Shown here piece after piece: positions 8,806 through 16,751 of a stretch of 64,000 nt of DNA (position 1 is the stretch's first letter; each line of letters begins with the position of its first letter). Under the pieces are notes generated by a model. That model searched no databases. It worked only from the letters and a program-made list of their open reading frames with translations, and was not told the origin of the DNA. A program made the position numbers and the translations under genes. The DNA comes from Terriglobales bacterium. GTDB taxonomy: Bacteria; Acidobacteriota; Terriglobia; Terriglobales; Acidobacteriaceae. The stretch lies in the NCBI GenBank assembly GCA_963700175.1, contig CAVOWN010000015.1, forward strand, positions 275,475 to 339,474, in the 5' to 3' direction.

Positions 8806-10176
8806 ATGGCGATTGCAACCACTAACCCGGCCACCGGAAAAGTCGAAAAGAAATTCGATGCCCTAACCGACGCGCAGATCGAGCAAAAGCTTCAACTGGC
8901 CGCCAAGACTTTCTCCACCTATCGAAACGTCCCGTTCGCGGAGCGGGCACGGCTCATGTTGAAGGCTGCGGATCTTTTTGAAGCTGAGAAAGAACAGAAT
9001 GCTCGCAAAATGACGACCGAAATGGGAAAAACTTACCGGTCGGCATTGGATGAAGCCGCCAAATGCGCCCTTGCCTGCCGCTACTATGCCGAAAACGCCG
9101 AGAAATTTCTGGCCGATGAAATCGTAAACACCTCCGCCAAGAAGAGCTTCATTCGCTATCAGCCGATCGGCGTCATTCTCGCGGTCATGCCCTGGAATTT
9201 CCCATTTTGGCAAGTCGTGCGCTTTGCCGCGCCGGCACTCATGGCGGGAAATATTGGGCTGCTGAAACATGCCTCGAATGTTCCGCAATGCGCTCTCGCC
9301 ATTGAAGATACCTTCCGCCGCGCCGGTTTCCCGGAAGGCGCATTTCAGACCTTGCTCATAGGAGCCGACAAAGTTGACGGCATCCTGAACGATCCGCGGG
9401 TTGTCGCCGCCACGCTTACGGGCAGCGAACAAGCGGGTATCAAAGTGGGAATTGGCGCGGCGCAGCGCATCAAGAAGGTCGTCCTGGAGCTCGGCGGAAG
9501 CGATCCGTTCATCGTGATGCCGAGTGCGAACCTGGACGAAGCCATTGCCACCGCCGTCAAAGCGAGGATCTTCAACAATGGACAATCCTGCATAGCGGCT
9601 AAGCGCTTTATTGTGGCGGAGTCGATTGCGAAGGAATTTACCGGCAAGTTTGTCAGCAAGATGGCGGCGCTGAAGGTGGGCGATCCGTTTGATGAAAAGA
9701 CTGAACTTGGGCCGCTGGCAACCAAGGACGGTGTGGCGGACCTTGACCGAGATGTGAAGAGAACCGTTGCCGAGGGAGCGAAAGTGCTCACCGGAGGCAA
9801 ACCGTTGGAGGGCGACGGATTTTACTATGCGCCGACCGTGCTGGCGAACATCCCGAAAACATCTCCGGCCTACCGGGAGGAGTTATTTGGACCGGTGGCG
9901 AGCATCTTCGTGGTGAAAAATGTCGACGAAGCCATTCAGACTGCCAATGACAGCCGTTTTGGCCTGGGCGCCAGCGCCTGGACGAATGACGACAAGGAGC
10001 GCGACCGGTTCATCAACGAACTCGAATCTGGGATGGTTTTTATTAACAAGATGGTATCTTCCGACCCCAGGCTGCCGTTTGGGGGGGTAAAGCAATCGGG
10101 CCATGGCCGAGAGTTGGGGCCCTTTGGAATCAGAGAATTCACGAATATCAAGACGATTTGGATTGAGTCGAATTAG
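8806..10176 (+). CDS. NAD(P)-dependent aldehyde dehydrogenase, succinate-semialdehyde dehydrogenase-like (456 aa)
   Basis: It shows the aldehyde dehydrogenase fold, with catalytic Glu in VLELGGSDP and catalytic Cys in NNGQSCIAAKRF. The size and N-terminus (TTNPATG...) match the short SSADH subgroup. A GGAGG Shine-Dalgarno precedes the ATG. Confidence 0.8.
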   Translation: MAIATTNPATGKVEKKFDALTDAQIEQKLQLAAKTFSTYRNVPFAERARLMLKAADLFEAEKEQNARKMTTEMGKTYRSALDEAAKCALACRYYAENAEKFLADEIVNTSAKKSFIRYQPIGVILAVMPWNFPFWQVVRFAAPALMAGNIGLLKHASNVPQCALAIEDTFRRAGFPEGAFQTLLIGADKVDGILNDPRVVAATLTGSEQAGIKVGIGAAQRIKKVVLELGGSDPFIVMPSANLDEAIATAVKARIFNNGQSCIAAKRFIVAESIAKEFTGKFVSKMAALKVGDPFDEKTELGPLATKDGVADLDRDVKRTVAEGAKVLTGGKPLEGDGFYYAPTVLANIPKTSPAYREELFGPVASIFVVKNVDEAIQTANDSRFGLGASAWTNDDKERDRFINELESGMVFINKMVSSDPRLPFGGVKQSGHGRELGPFGIREFTNIKTIWIESN

Positions 10177-10184
10177 CTGAGTCG

Positions 10185-10211
10185 TGGTACTATGGTTTGG
10201 CCATCATACCA
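10185..10211. promoter_or_regulatory. candidate autoregulatory GntR operator (inverted repeat)
   Basis: TGGTACTATGG-tttgg-CCATCATACCA matches in 9 of 11 arm positions. It shares the TGGTAT/ATACCA core with the 8715-8735 site and lies 26 nt upstream of the GntR start codon. Confidence 0.35.
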
Positions 10212-10236
10212 ATGATCCACTTTTGAGGTTTCTCTA

Positions 10237-10959
10237 GTGTATAAAGCTGTCCGCACGTCGCGGCTGTATGAACAAATCGTGCAGCAGATCGAAGAGTCGA
10301 TCATGAATGGGACCCTGAAACCGGGGGATCAATTGCCTGCGGAGCGGGAGCTGGCGGAGAAATTTGGAGTCAGCCGGACGGCGGTCCGGGAAGCGGTGAA
10401 GGCCCTGCGCGAGCGAGGTCTGGTGGAGGCATTTTCCGGGCGGGGCACTTTCATCACCAACGGCACTGGTCAGGCCATCCGACAATCATTGGATTTTATG
10501 ATCCGAAGCGACGTGATCGATGGCTCGGCGAACCTGGCGGAACTGCGGGCGATCCTGGAACCGGAGATTGCGGGCCTTGCGGCAATGCGCGCGGACGAGG
10601 GACATCTGGCGGGAATGCGGGAAGCTTTCTCGGTGATGGAAACTTCGGGCAACGACTCGGAGGCGTTCATTGAGGCCGATTTGGATTTTCATCTGACGCT
10701 CGCGGAAGCGGCGGCGAATCCTCTGGTGCTGTCTCTGATTGATTCTATTGTGGGATTGCTTCGCGAGCAGCGCATACAGATTTACCACGTTGAAGGCGGC
10801 GCCGAGCGTGGGCAATTTCATCACCGACGTATTCTGGAAGCAATCGCAGCAAAAGACGCAATCCGGGCCCGCGCGGCGATGCGGGCGCATCTCGACCAGA
10901 TTCGAGAGGACTATAAGGCAAGCCAGGAGCAAGGCGAACTGACGAAGGCGAATTCTTGA
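10237..10959 (+). CDS. GntR family transcriptional regulator, FadR subfamily (winged HTH + FCD domain)
   Basis: The N-terminal HTH reads LPAERELAEKFGVSRTAVREAVKAL. An all-helical C-terminal FCD-like domain carries His residues (DLDFHLTLAEAA ... FHHRRILEAI). The start codon is GTG. Confidence 0.85.
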   Translation: MYKAVRTSRLYEQIVQQIEESIMNGTLKPGDQLPAERELAEKFGVSRTAVREAVKALRERGLVEAFSGRGTFITNGTGQAIRQSLDFMIRSDVIDGSANLAELRAILEPEIAGLAAMRADEGHLAGMREAFSVMETSGNDSEAFIEADLDFHLTLAEAAANPLVLSLIDSIVGLLREQRIQIYHVEGGAERGQFHHRRILEAIAAKDAIRARAAMRAHLDQIREDYKASQEQGELTKANS

Positions 10960-10960
10960 T

Positions 10961-11124
10961 AGTGGTGCAGTTTGGAAGAGGGAGCGAGCAAACGCGCGTC
11001 TGTCGTTTCGCAAAGAACGCGAAACCTCGCACGGCTCGCCCAGATTCCTTCGAGTGCGCTCAGGACAGGCTCTTCATTTCGCAAAAAAGCGCTCGTTTGA
11101 GGCTGACAACCAAACTGCACCACT
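10961..11124. repeat. 164-nt intergenic element closed by a perfect 15-bp long-range inverted repeat
   Basis: AGTGGTGCAGTTTGG (10961-10975) is the exact reverse complement of CCAAACTGCACCACT (11110-11124). An internal hairpin is present (gtttcgc-aaagaac-gcgaaac). The motif tttcgcaaa.aa.gcg occurs twice. Confidence 0.5.
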
Positions 11125-11138
11125 GAAAGCGAGGAACA

Positions 11139-12020
11139 GTGGCCAAAATAGGATTCATTGGTCTGGGAACGATGGGCGGGAACATGGTGGCGCGGCTGTT
11201 GAGCAAGGGCCACAGCGTGACCGGCTACAACCGGACCCGTGCCAAAGCGCGATCATTGGTCGATAAGGGCATGACGCTGGCGGAGACGCCACGCGCCGTC
11301 GCGGAGGTATCGGATTTTGTTTTTTCGATGGTGACCAATTCGGCCGCGCTCACGGCGGTGACTGACGGTCCGGACGGGTTGTTGGCCGGCTTGAACAAGG
11401 GAAAGCTGTACATCGACATGAGCACGGTGAGTCCGGCGGTAAGTCGGGCGCTGGCTGAAAAAGTCCGCGCCAAAGGGGCGGACATGGTCGACGCTCCGGT
11501 CTCGGGCAGCGTGATCACGCTCCAAGAAGGCAAACTGTCGGTGATGGTGGGCGGTAGCAAGGAAACGTTTGAGAGGGTGAAGCCCATTCTTTTGGATATC
11601 GGCCCGAAAGTGACACACGTTGGCGACAATGGGCTGGCCTTGGCGATGAAGATCGGCGTGAACCTGGCGCTGGCGGTGCAGATGCTGGCATTTTCAGAAG
11701 GCGTTCTGCTCGCCGAGAAAAGTGGCATCAAGCGCGAAACGGCGGTGGACGTAATGATCCACAGCGCGGTGGCTTCTCCGATGATTGTTTATCGCGGACC
11801 GTTCATTCTTCAGCAACCGGAAGAGGCTTGGTTCGACGTGAACATGATGCAGAAAGACATGCTGCTGGCGATGGAACTGGGTCGCCAATTAGATGTGCCG
11901 GTGCCCACGACCGCGGTAACGAACGAATTCCTCACTGCAGCGCGGGGAATGGGAATGGCGAAGCTGGATTTTGCCTGCGTGTTCGATGTCCTGGCGCAGA
12001 TGTCGGGAGTTAAGAAATGA
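11139..12020 (+). CDS. NAD(P)-dependent beta-hydroxyacid dehydrogenase (3-hydroxyisobutyrate / 2-hydroxy-3-oxopropionate reductase family)
   Basis: It has the N-terminal Rossmann motif IGFIGLGTMGGNM and the expected length of 293 aa. The start is GTG preceded by gagga. The stop overlaps the next gene as ATGA. Confidence 0.8.
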   Translation: MAKIGFIGLGTMGGNMVARLLSKGHSVTGYNRTRAKARSLVDKGMTLAETPRAVAEVSDFVFSMVTNSAALTAVTDGPDGLLAGLNKGKLYIDMSTVSPAVSRALAEKVRAKGADMVDAPVSGSVITLQEGKLSVMVGGSKETFERVKPILLDIGPKVTHVGDNGLALAMKIGVNLALAVQMLAFSEGVLLAEKSGIKRETAVDVMIHSAVASPMIVYRGPFILQQPEEAWFDVNMMQKDMLLAMELGRQLDVPVPTTAVTNEFLTAARGMGMAKLDFACVFDVLAQMSGVKK

Positions 12021-13015
12021 ACACTGCGGTTGACCGAACCGGGGCGAATTCTGGGGTCGATCCCCAAAAGTGGCTGCGGATTTACCGGCAGATGTTGAGC
12101 ATCCGGTTGTTCGAAGAGCACGTGAACGATCTCTACACACGAGCGCTGATGCCGGGCTTGGCCCATCTTTACATTGGGCAAGAGGCGGTCGCAGTCGGCG
12201 TTTGTGAGGCGTTGCGAAAAGACGATTACATTACCAGCACGCATCGCGGGCATGGTCACTGTCTAGCGAAAGGTGCGGCCCCGGACCGCATGTTCGCCGA
12301 ATTGCTGGGCAAAGAAGCGGGGTATTGCAAGGGCAAGGGCGGCTCGATGCACATTGCCGATCCGGCTACAGGGAATTTGGGCGCGAATGCGATTGTAGGC
12401 GGCAGCCTGGGAATTGCGACCGGCGCGGCGTTGGCAGCGAAGCGTGTGGGTACAGACCGCGTGGCTGTCTCCTTTTTTGGAGAAGGCGCGCTGGGTCAGG
12501 GGTTGCTGTATGAAGTGATGAATCTGGCGACCCTGTGGAAGCTTCCGGTCATATACGTCTGCGAAAACAATCAATACAACGAGTACACACATTTTTCCGA
12601 AACGACCGCGGGCGACATCGCCGCGCGCGCAACGGCTTTTGGAGTGCACGCCGAGACGGTGGATGGCCAGGACGTTCGCGCAGTTCATGCGGTCGCGTCG
12701 AAGCTAGTGCAGCGAGCCCGTAGCGGCGGGGGTCCGGCGTTCCTGTTGTGCAATACATATCGTTATCACGGCCACCACGTTGGCGATATCAATCGCGAAT
12801 ATTACCGGACCAAGAAAGAAGAACAGCTTTGGAAGATCGACCGCGACCCGGTAAAGCTTTTTGCAGCGTGGATGCTTGAGCAGGCAATAGCGGACGCAAA
12901 AGCGCTGGAAACCGTGCAGACTGAGGTTCAATCGGAAATGGATGCAGCCGTACAATTTGCAGTTTCGGCGGCTTATCCGAAAGTGGAGGAAGTGGACCAG
13001 GATGTCTACGCCTGA
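12017..13015 (+). CDS. thiamine-diphosphate-dependent 2-oxoacid/acetoin dehydrogenase E1 component, alpha subunit
   Basis: The TPP-binding motif reads FFGEGALGQG...VIYVCENNQY, and the length is 332 aa. The gene is translationally coupled to both neighbours. Confidence 0.85.
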   Translation: MNTAVDRTGANSGVDPQKWLRIYRQMLSIRLFEEHVNDLYTRALMPGLAHLYIGQEAVAVGVCEALRKDDYITSTHRGHGHCLAKGAAPDRMFAELLGKEAGYCKGKGGSMHIADPATGNLGANAIVGGSLGIATGAALAAKRVGTDRVAVSFFGEGALGQGLLYEVMNLATLWKLPVIYVCENNQYNEYTHFSETTAGDIAARATAFGVHAETVDGQDVRAVHAVASKLVQRARSGGGPAFLLCNTYRYHGHHVGDINREYYRTKKEEQLWKIDRDPVKLFAAWMLEQAIADAKALETVQTEVQSEMDAAVQFAVSAAYPKVEEVDQDVYA

Positions 13016-14003
13016 TTCGAAGCATCGCGAACTGACATTCGCGCAGGCCATTCGCGAGGCGCTAGCGGAAGAGATGCGCCGGGATGCGCGCGTCTGCATT
13101 TTTGGGGAAGATGTAGCGGAAGCGGGAACGCCATTCAAAGTATTGAGCGGATTAGTGGAGGAGTTTGGCGTCGATCGCGTGATGGATACGCCGATTTCGG
13201 AAGCGGGCTTTACCGGGATTGGCGTAGGCGCTGCGATGACCGGGCTGCGACCGGTGGTCGACATCATGTTTGGAGATTTCATCACACTGACGATGGACCA
13301 GATGGTGAACCAGGCCGCGAAGGTGCACTACATGTCGGGCGGAACGTGGAAGGTCCCGATGGTGATGCGCACGACGCTGGGCGCCACTCGGCGTTCCGCG
13401 GCGCAACATTCGCAATCTCTGCATGCCTGGTTCAGTCATGTGCCGGGATTGAAGGTCGTTATGCCCTCGACCCCTTACGATGCCAAGGGCCTGCTGAAGA
13501 CTGCGATTCGGGATGACAATCCGGTGGTCTTCTTCGAAGACAAGATGATGTACAAGTTGAAGGGGCCGGTACCAGAGGGAGAATATACGATTCCCCTGGG
13601 GCTGGCTGACGTGAAGCGCGAAGGCGATGACATTACGCTGGTCGCCACAAGCAGCATGGTGCAAGTGGCGCTGGGCGCGGCGGATATGCTGGCAGGAGAT
13701 GGCATCAGCGCGGAAGTGGTTGATCCGCGCACCATGTGGCCGCTGGACGAGAAGACGATGATCGATTCGGCGAAGAAGACATCCCGAGTTATCGTCCTGG
13801 ATGAAGGATATGAGCGGTATGGAGTGACGGCAGAGATTGCCGCAGTGATCGCCAGCGGCGCCTTCTACGATTTGGATGCTCCCGTGAAACGGATGGGAGC
13901 TATGCATGTTCCGATTCCGTTTTCGCCGCCGTTAGAGGATGTAACGGTGCCGACGGAAAAAACTGTATTCGAGGCGGCCCGCAAACTTTGCGGCCGCTCT
14001 TAA
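13002..14003 (+). CDS. 2-oxoacid/acetoin dehydrogenase E1 component, beta subunit (transketolase-like)
   Basis: MSTPDSKHRELTFAQAIREALAEEM...DTPISEAGFTGIGVGAA is a typical E1 beta N-terminus. I chose the ATG at 13002, which overlaps the E1 alpha stop. The track ORF starts at 12942. Confidence 0.85.
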   Translation: MSTPDSKHRELTFAQAIREALAEEMRRDARVCIFGEDVAEAGTPFKVLSGLVEEFGVDRVMDTPISEAGFTGIGVGAAMTGLRPVVDIMFGDFITLTMDQMVNQAAKVHYMSGGTWKVPMVMRTTLGATRRSAAQHSQSLHAWFSHVPGLKVVMPSTPYDAKGLLKTAIRDDNPVVFFEDKMMYKLKGPVPEGEYTIPLGLADVKREGDDITLVATSSMVQVALGAADMLAGDGISAEVVDPRTMWPLDEKTMIDSAKKTSRVIVLDEGYERYGVTAEIAAVIASGAFYDLDAPVKRMGAMHVPIPFSPPLEDVTVPTEKTVFEAARKLCGRS

Positions 14004-14018
14004 CGAATCTGGAGGTGA

Positions 14019-15368
14019 GTGATGGCTCTGCCGACTTATGGAACGATGGCGGTGGATTGGGAGCAGCGGATCGACTTCGATCGACTGCGGCGTGAGCGCC
14101 TGGCGCGGGCTAAAGAGCTGCTGGCAAAATCCGAGATGGGCGCGCTGCTTTGCTTCGACATGAACAATGTGCGCTATCTGACGGCCACGCACATCGGCAC
14201 ATGGGCGCAGGACAAGGCGAACCGCTTCACTCTGCTGCCGCAAAATGACGAACCGATTTTGTGGGACTTCGGATCGGCGGCCAAGCATCACCAATTACAT
14301 TGTCCGTGGTTGGGAGACCGGTCGCGTCCTGGGATCTCGATGCTGCGCGGGACGATGTCGCCGGAGATGGGCCGGGCGGAAGATGTGGCGAAGAAAATCC
14401 GCATTGAACTCGAAATGCGCGGCCTGCACAAAGAACCTGTTGGCATCGACATTGTTGAGTTGCCAGTGTTATTTGCTTTACAGAAGGAAGGCATCACGGT
14501 GGTCGACGGGCAGCAATTAATGTCCGAAGCACGGGTCATCAAGACGCGGGATGAAATCGCTCTGCTCAACCAATCAGCGTCGATGGTGGATGCCGCTTAC
14601 GACGAACTCTATCGCGCAATGAAGCCCGGAATGCGCGAAAACGAAGCGGTGGGACTGGTGAGCAAGGTGCTTTACGATCTGGGGTCGGAGTATGTGGAAG
14701 CTGTGAATGCGATTTCCGGGGAGCGTTGTAATCCGCACCCACACGTATTTTCGGACCGCATTCTGCGTCCGGGCGATCCGGTGTACTACGACATTTTGCA
14801 CTCCTACATGGGATACCGCACTTGCTACTACCGTTGCTTCACCATCGGCTACGGCTCGCACGCGATGGTGGACGCGTACAAGCGGTGCCGGGAATATCTG
14901 GACGCGGCGATCGAACTGGTGCGACCGGGACGTACCACGGCAGAAATCGCAGCGGTATGGCCGAAGGCGCAGGATTTTGGCTTTCCGAATGAGGAAGCTT
15001 GTTTTGCTTTGCAATACGGTCATGGCATTGGGCTGGCAATTTGGGAGAAGCCGGTCATCAGTCGGCTGGTGTCGTTCGAGCATCCGCAGGAAATCAAGCC
15101 GGGCATGGTATTTGCGCTGGAGACGTTCTGGCCTTCGACGGATGGATGGAGCGCGGCGCGAATTGAAGAAGAGATCGTGGTGACAGAAACCGGGCACGAA
15201 GTGATTACACGCTTCCCGGCGGAAGAGCTGTTGGTAGCGGGAGCCCACTACTTCACAGTGAATGGGCCGCTGGCAACGACGCGAGAAACGGAGAACGCTC
15301 CCAGCCAGCGCGTGGTGGAGATGATTGAAGAAAGTTCGAAGAAGGAAAGGGTAGGAGTGTCAGATTAA
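14019..15368 (+). CDS. M24-family (creatinase/prolidase/DddP-like pita-bread fold) hydrolase, 449 aa
   Basis: It has a creatinase/prolidase-type N-domain and a C-terminal pita-bread domain with GDPVYYD, YGHGIGL, FALETF and RIEEEIVVTE motifs. The start is GTG 14019 or ATG 14022, after GGAGG. Confidence 0.75.
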   Translation: MMALPTYGTMAVDWEQRIDFDRLRRERLARAKELLAKSEMGALLCFDMNNVRYLTATHIGTWAQDKANRFTLLPQNDEPILWDFGSAAKHHQLHCPWLGDRSRPGISMLRGTMSPEMGRAEDVAKKIRIELEMRGLHKEPVGIDIVELPVLFALQKEGITVVDGQQLMSEARVIKTRDEIALLNQSASMVDAAYDELYRAMKPGMRENEAVGLVSKVLYDLGSEYVEAVNAISGERCNPHPHVFSDRILRPGDPVYYDILHSYMGYRTCYYRCFTIGYGSHAMVDAYKRCREYLDAAIELVRPGRTTAEIAAVWPKAQDFGFPNEEACFALQYGHGIGLAIWEKPVISRLVSFEHPQEIKPGMVFALETFWPSTDGWSAARIEEEIVVTETGHEVITRFPAEELLVAGAHYFTVNGPLATTRETENAPSQRVVEMIEESSKKERVGVSD

Positions 15369-15483
15369 TTTGGCACGCAACCTGGGAAGTTTTGTGGGCA
15401 GGGGTAAAGCGGTGGGCGGTTTCCCGCCGTCGTTGATTCATTTCAGAACGCAGTCGACATTCGATGAAAGAGTTCAGCTAACT

Positions 15484-16668
15484 ATGGCTTTCAGTGTAGT
15501 CATGCCTGCCCTGGAGATGGCGCAGGAGACAGGCAAACTGGTGTCGTGGATGAAGAAGGAAGGCGATGCGGTTGCCAAAGGCGAGCCCTTGCTCGAGATT
15601 GAAACCGACAAGGCTGTCATGGAGATTGAATCGCCTGCGGATGGAATTCTAGCGGGGGTGAAGGCACAGCCTGGCGCTGTGGTACCGGTTGGGCAAACGA
15701 TTGCGTGGATTGTGCGGCCGGGCGAAGCGCCTCCAGTGGAATCGACAGCGCCCGCAGAGACTGGCCGATATCAGAGCGAAACTAAGCAGTCCGCGGTGGC
15801 GGCGGAGGTGCGGCGGACAGAACCAGTGGCGTCGACCGAGGCAAGAATCTCTCCTAAGGCGCGGCGGCTTGCGAAGGAGCACGGGGTTGATATCGCGACA
15901 TTGAATGGTTCCGGAGCGGAGGGGGAGATTGTAGCGTCCGACATTCTGGCGGCGGCTGAGCTAGAACGAGCCGAGGCGGCAGTCGGCAGTGAAGCTCCGA
16001 GTGCGATTGGCCGGCTGATGGCGGAGCGTACGACGCAGAGCTGGACAACTGTCCCACATTTTTTTGTCACACGAGATGTCGATGCAAGCGCACTTCTGAA
16101 AGCCCGCGAATTGGAACTGGAGAAAATCGAGAAATCACATGCGGTGCGAGTGACGCATACGGACCTGCTGGTTGCGCTGATTGCGAAGGCTCTGAGTGGA
16201 AATCCGCAACTTAATAGCAGCTGGGTGGACGGGAAGGTGCGGACCAATCCGGCGGTTAACATTGGGATCGCGATGGCCGTCGATGACGGGGTGGTCGCGC
16301 CGGTCATTCCGAATGCAGACAAGATTTTACTGGCGGAAATCGCGATTCAGCGGCATGAATTGAGTGAGCGAGCGCGGTCGGGACGATTGCGTCCTGCGGA
16401 CATCTCCGGGGGGACTTTCACCATCAGCAATCTTGGCATGTTCGATGTCGACGCTTTCACGGCGATTATTAGTCCGCCGCAGGTTGCGATTCTGGCGGTG
16501 GGAGCGATAGCGGAGCGAGTGATCGCGGTGAACGGCCAGCCTGTAGTTCGACCGATGATGAGCATTACACTCTCCAGCGACCATCGCGTAGTCGATGGCG
16601 CGCGCGCGGCAGCTTTTCTGCGGGATGTTGTAAAAAATCTTCGCGAGCCGGAGAAATGGCTGCGATGA
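15484..16668 (+). CDS. dihydrolipoamide acyltransferase (E2) of a 2-oxoacid/acetoin dehydrogenase complex
   Basis: It has one lipoyl domain (LEIETDKAVMEIESP) and a subunit-binding domain (ISPKARRLAKEHGVDI). The catalytic domain carries the SSDHRVVDGA motif. I chose the ATG at 15484; the ORF is open from 15370. Confidence 0.85.
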   Translation: MAFSVVMPALEMAQETGKLVSWMKKEGDAVAKGEPLLEIETDKAVMEIESPADGILAGVKAQPGAVVPVGQTIAWIVRPGEAPPVESTAPAETGRYQSETKQSAVAAEVRRTEPVASTEARISPKARRLAKEHGVDIATLNGSGAEGEIVASDILAAAELERAEAAVGSEAPSAIGRLMAERTTQSWTTVPHFFVTRDVDASALLKARELELEKIEKSHAVRVTHTDLLVALIAKALSGNPQLNSSWVDGKVRTNPAVNIGIAMAVDDGVVAPVIPNADKILLAEIAIQRHELSERARSGRLRPADISGGTFTISNLGMFDVDAFTAIISPPQVAILAVGAIAERVIAVNGQPVVRPMMSITLSSDHRVVDGARAAAFLRDVVKNLREPEKWLR

Positions 16669-16707
16669 CGATGCCGGCGCAACGGTGCGCGTGTGCGCCG
16701 GCATCGT
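16668..16707. terminator. strong hairpin between convergent genes (candidate bidirectional terminator)
   Basis: Perfect 14-bp arms acgatgccggcgca / tgcgccggcatcgt flank a 12-nt loop. The hairpin starts at the E2 stop codon and lies about 45 nt from the stop of the convergent DUF4340 gene. There is no clean U tract. Confidence 0.55.
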
Positions 16708-16751
16708 ATATCGACTTGTGAACCTTGCCGCAGCGGCGGGATACTCGCGCG

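Noticed and set aside
15371-15385. TGGCACgcaacCTGG between the M24 hydrolase and E2 genes, resembling a sigma-54 -24 box.
   Set aside because: The -12 position reads CTGG, so the essential GC dinucleotide is missing. It is probably a chance match inside an operon.
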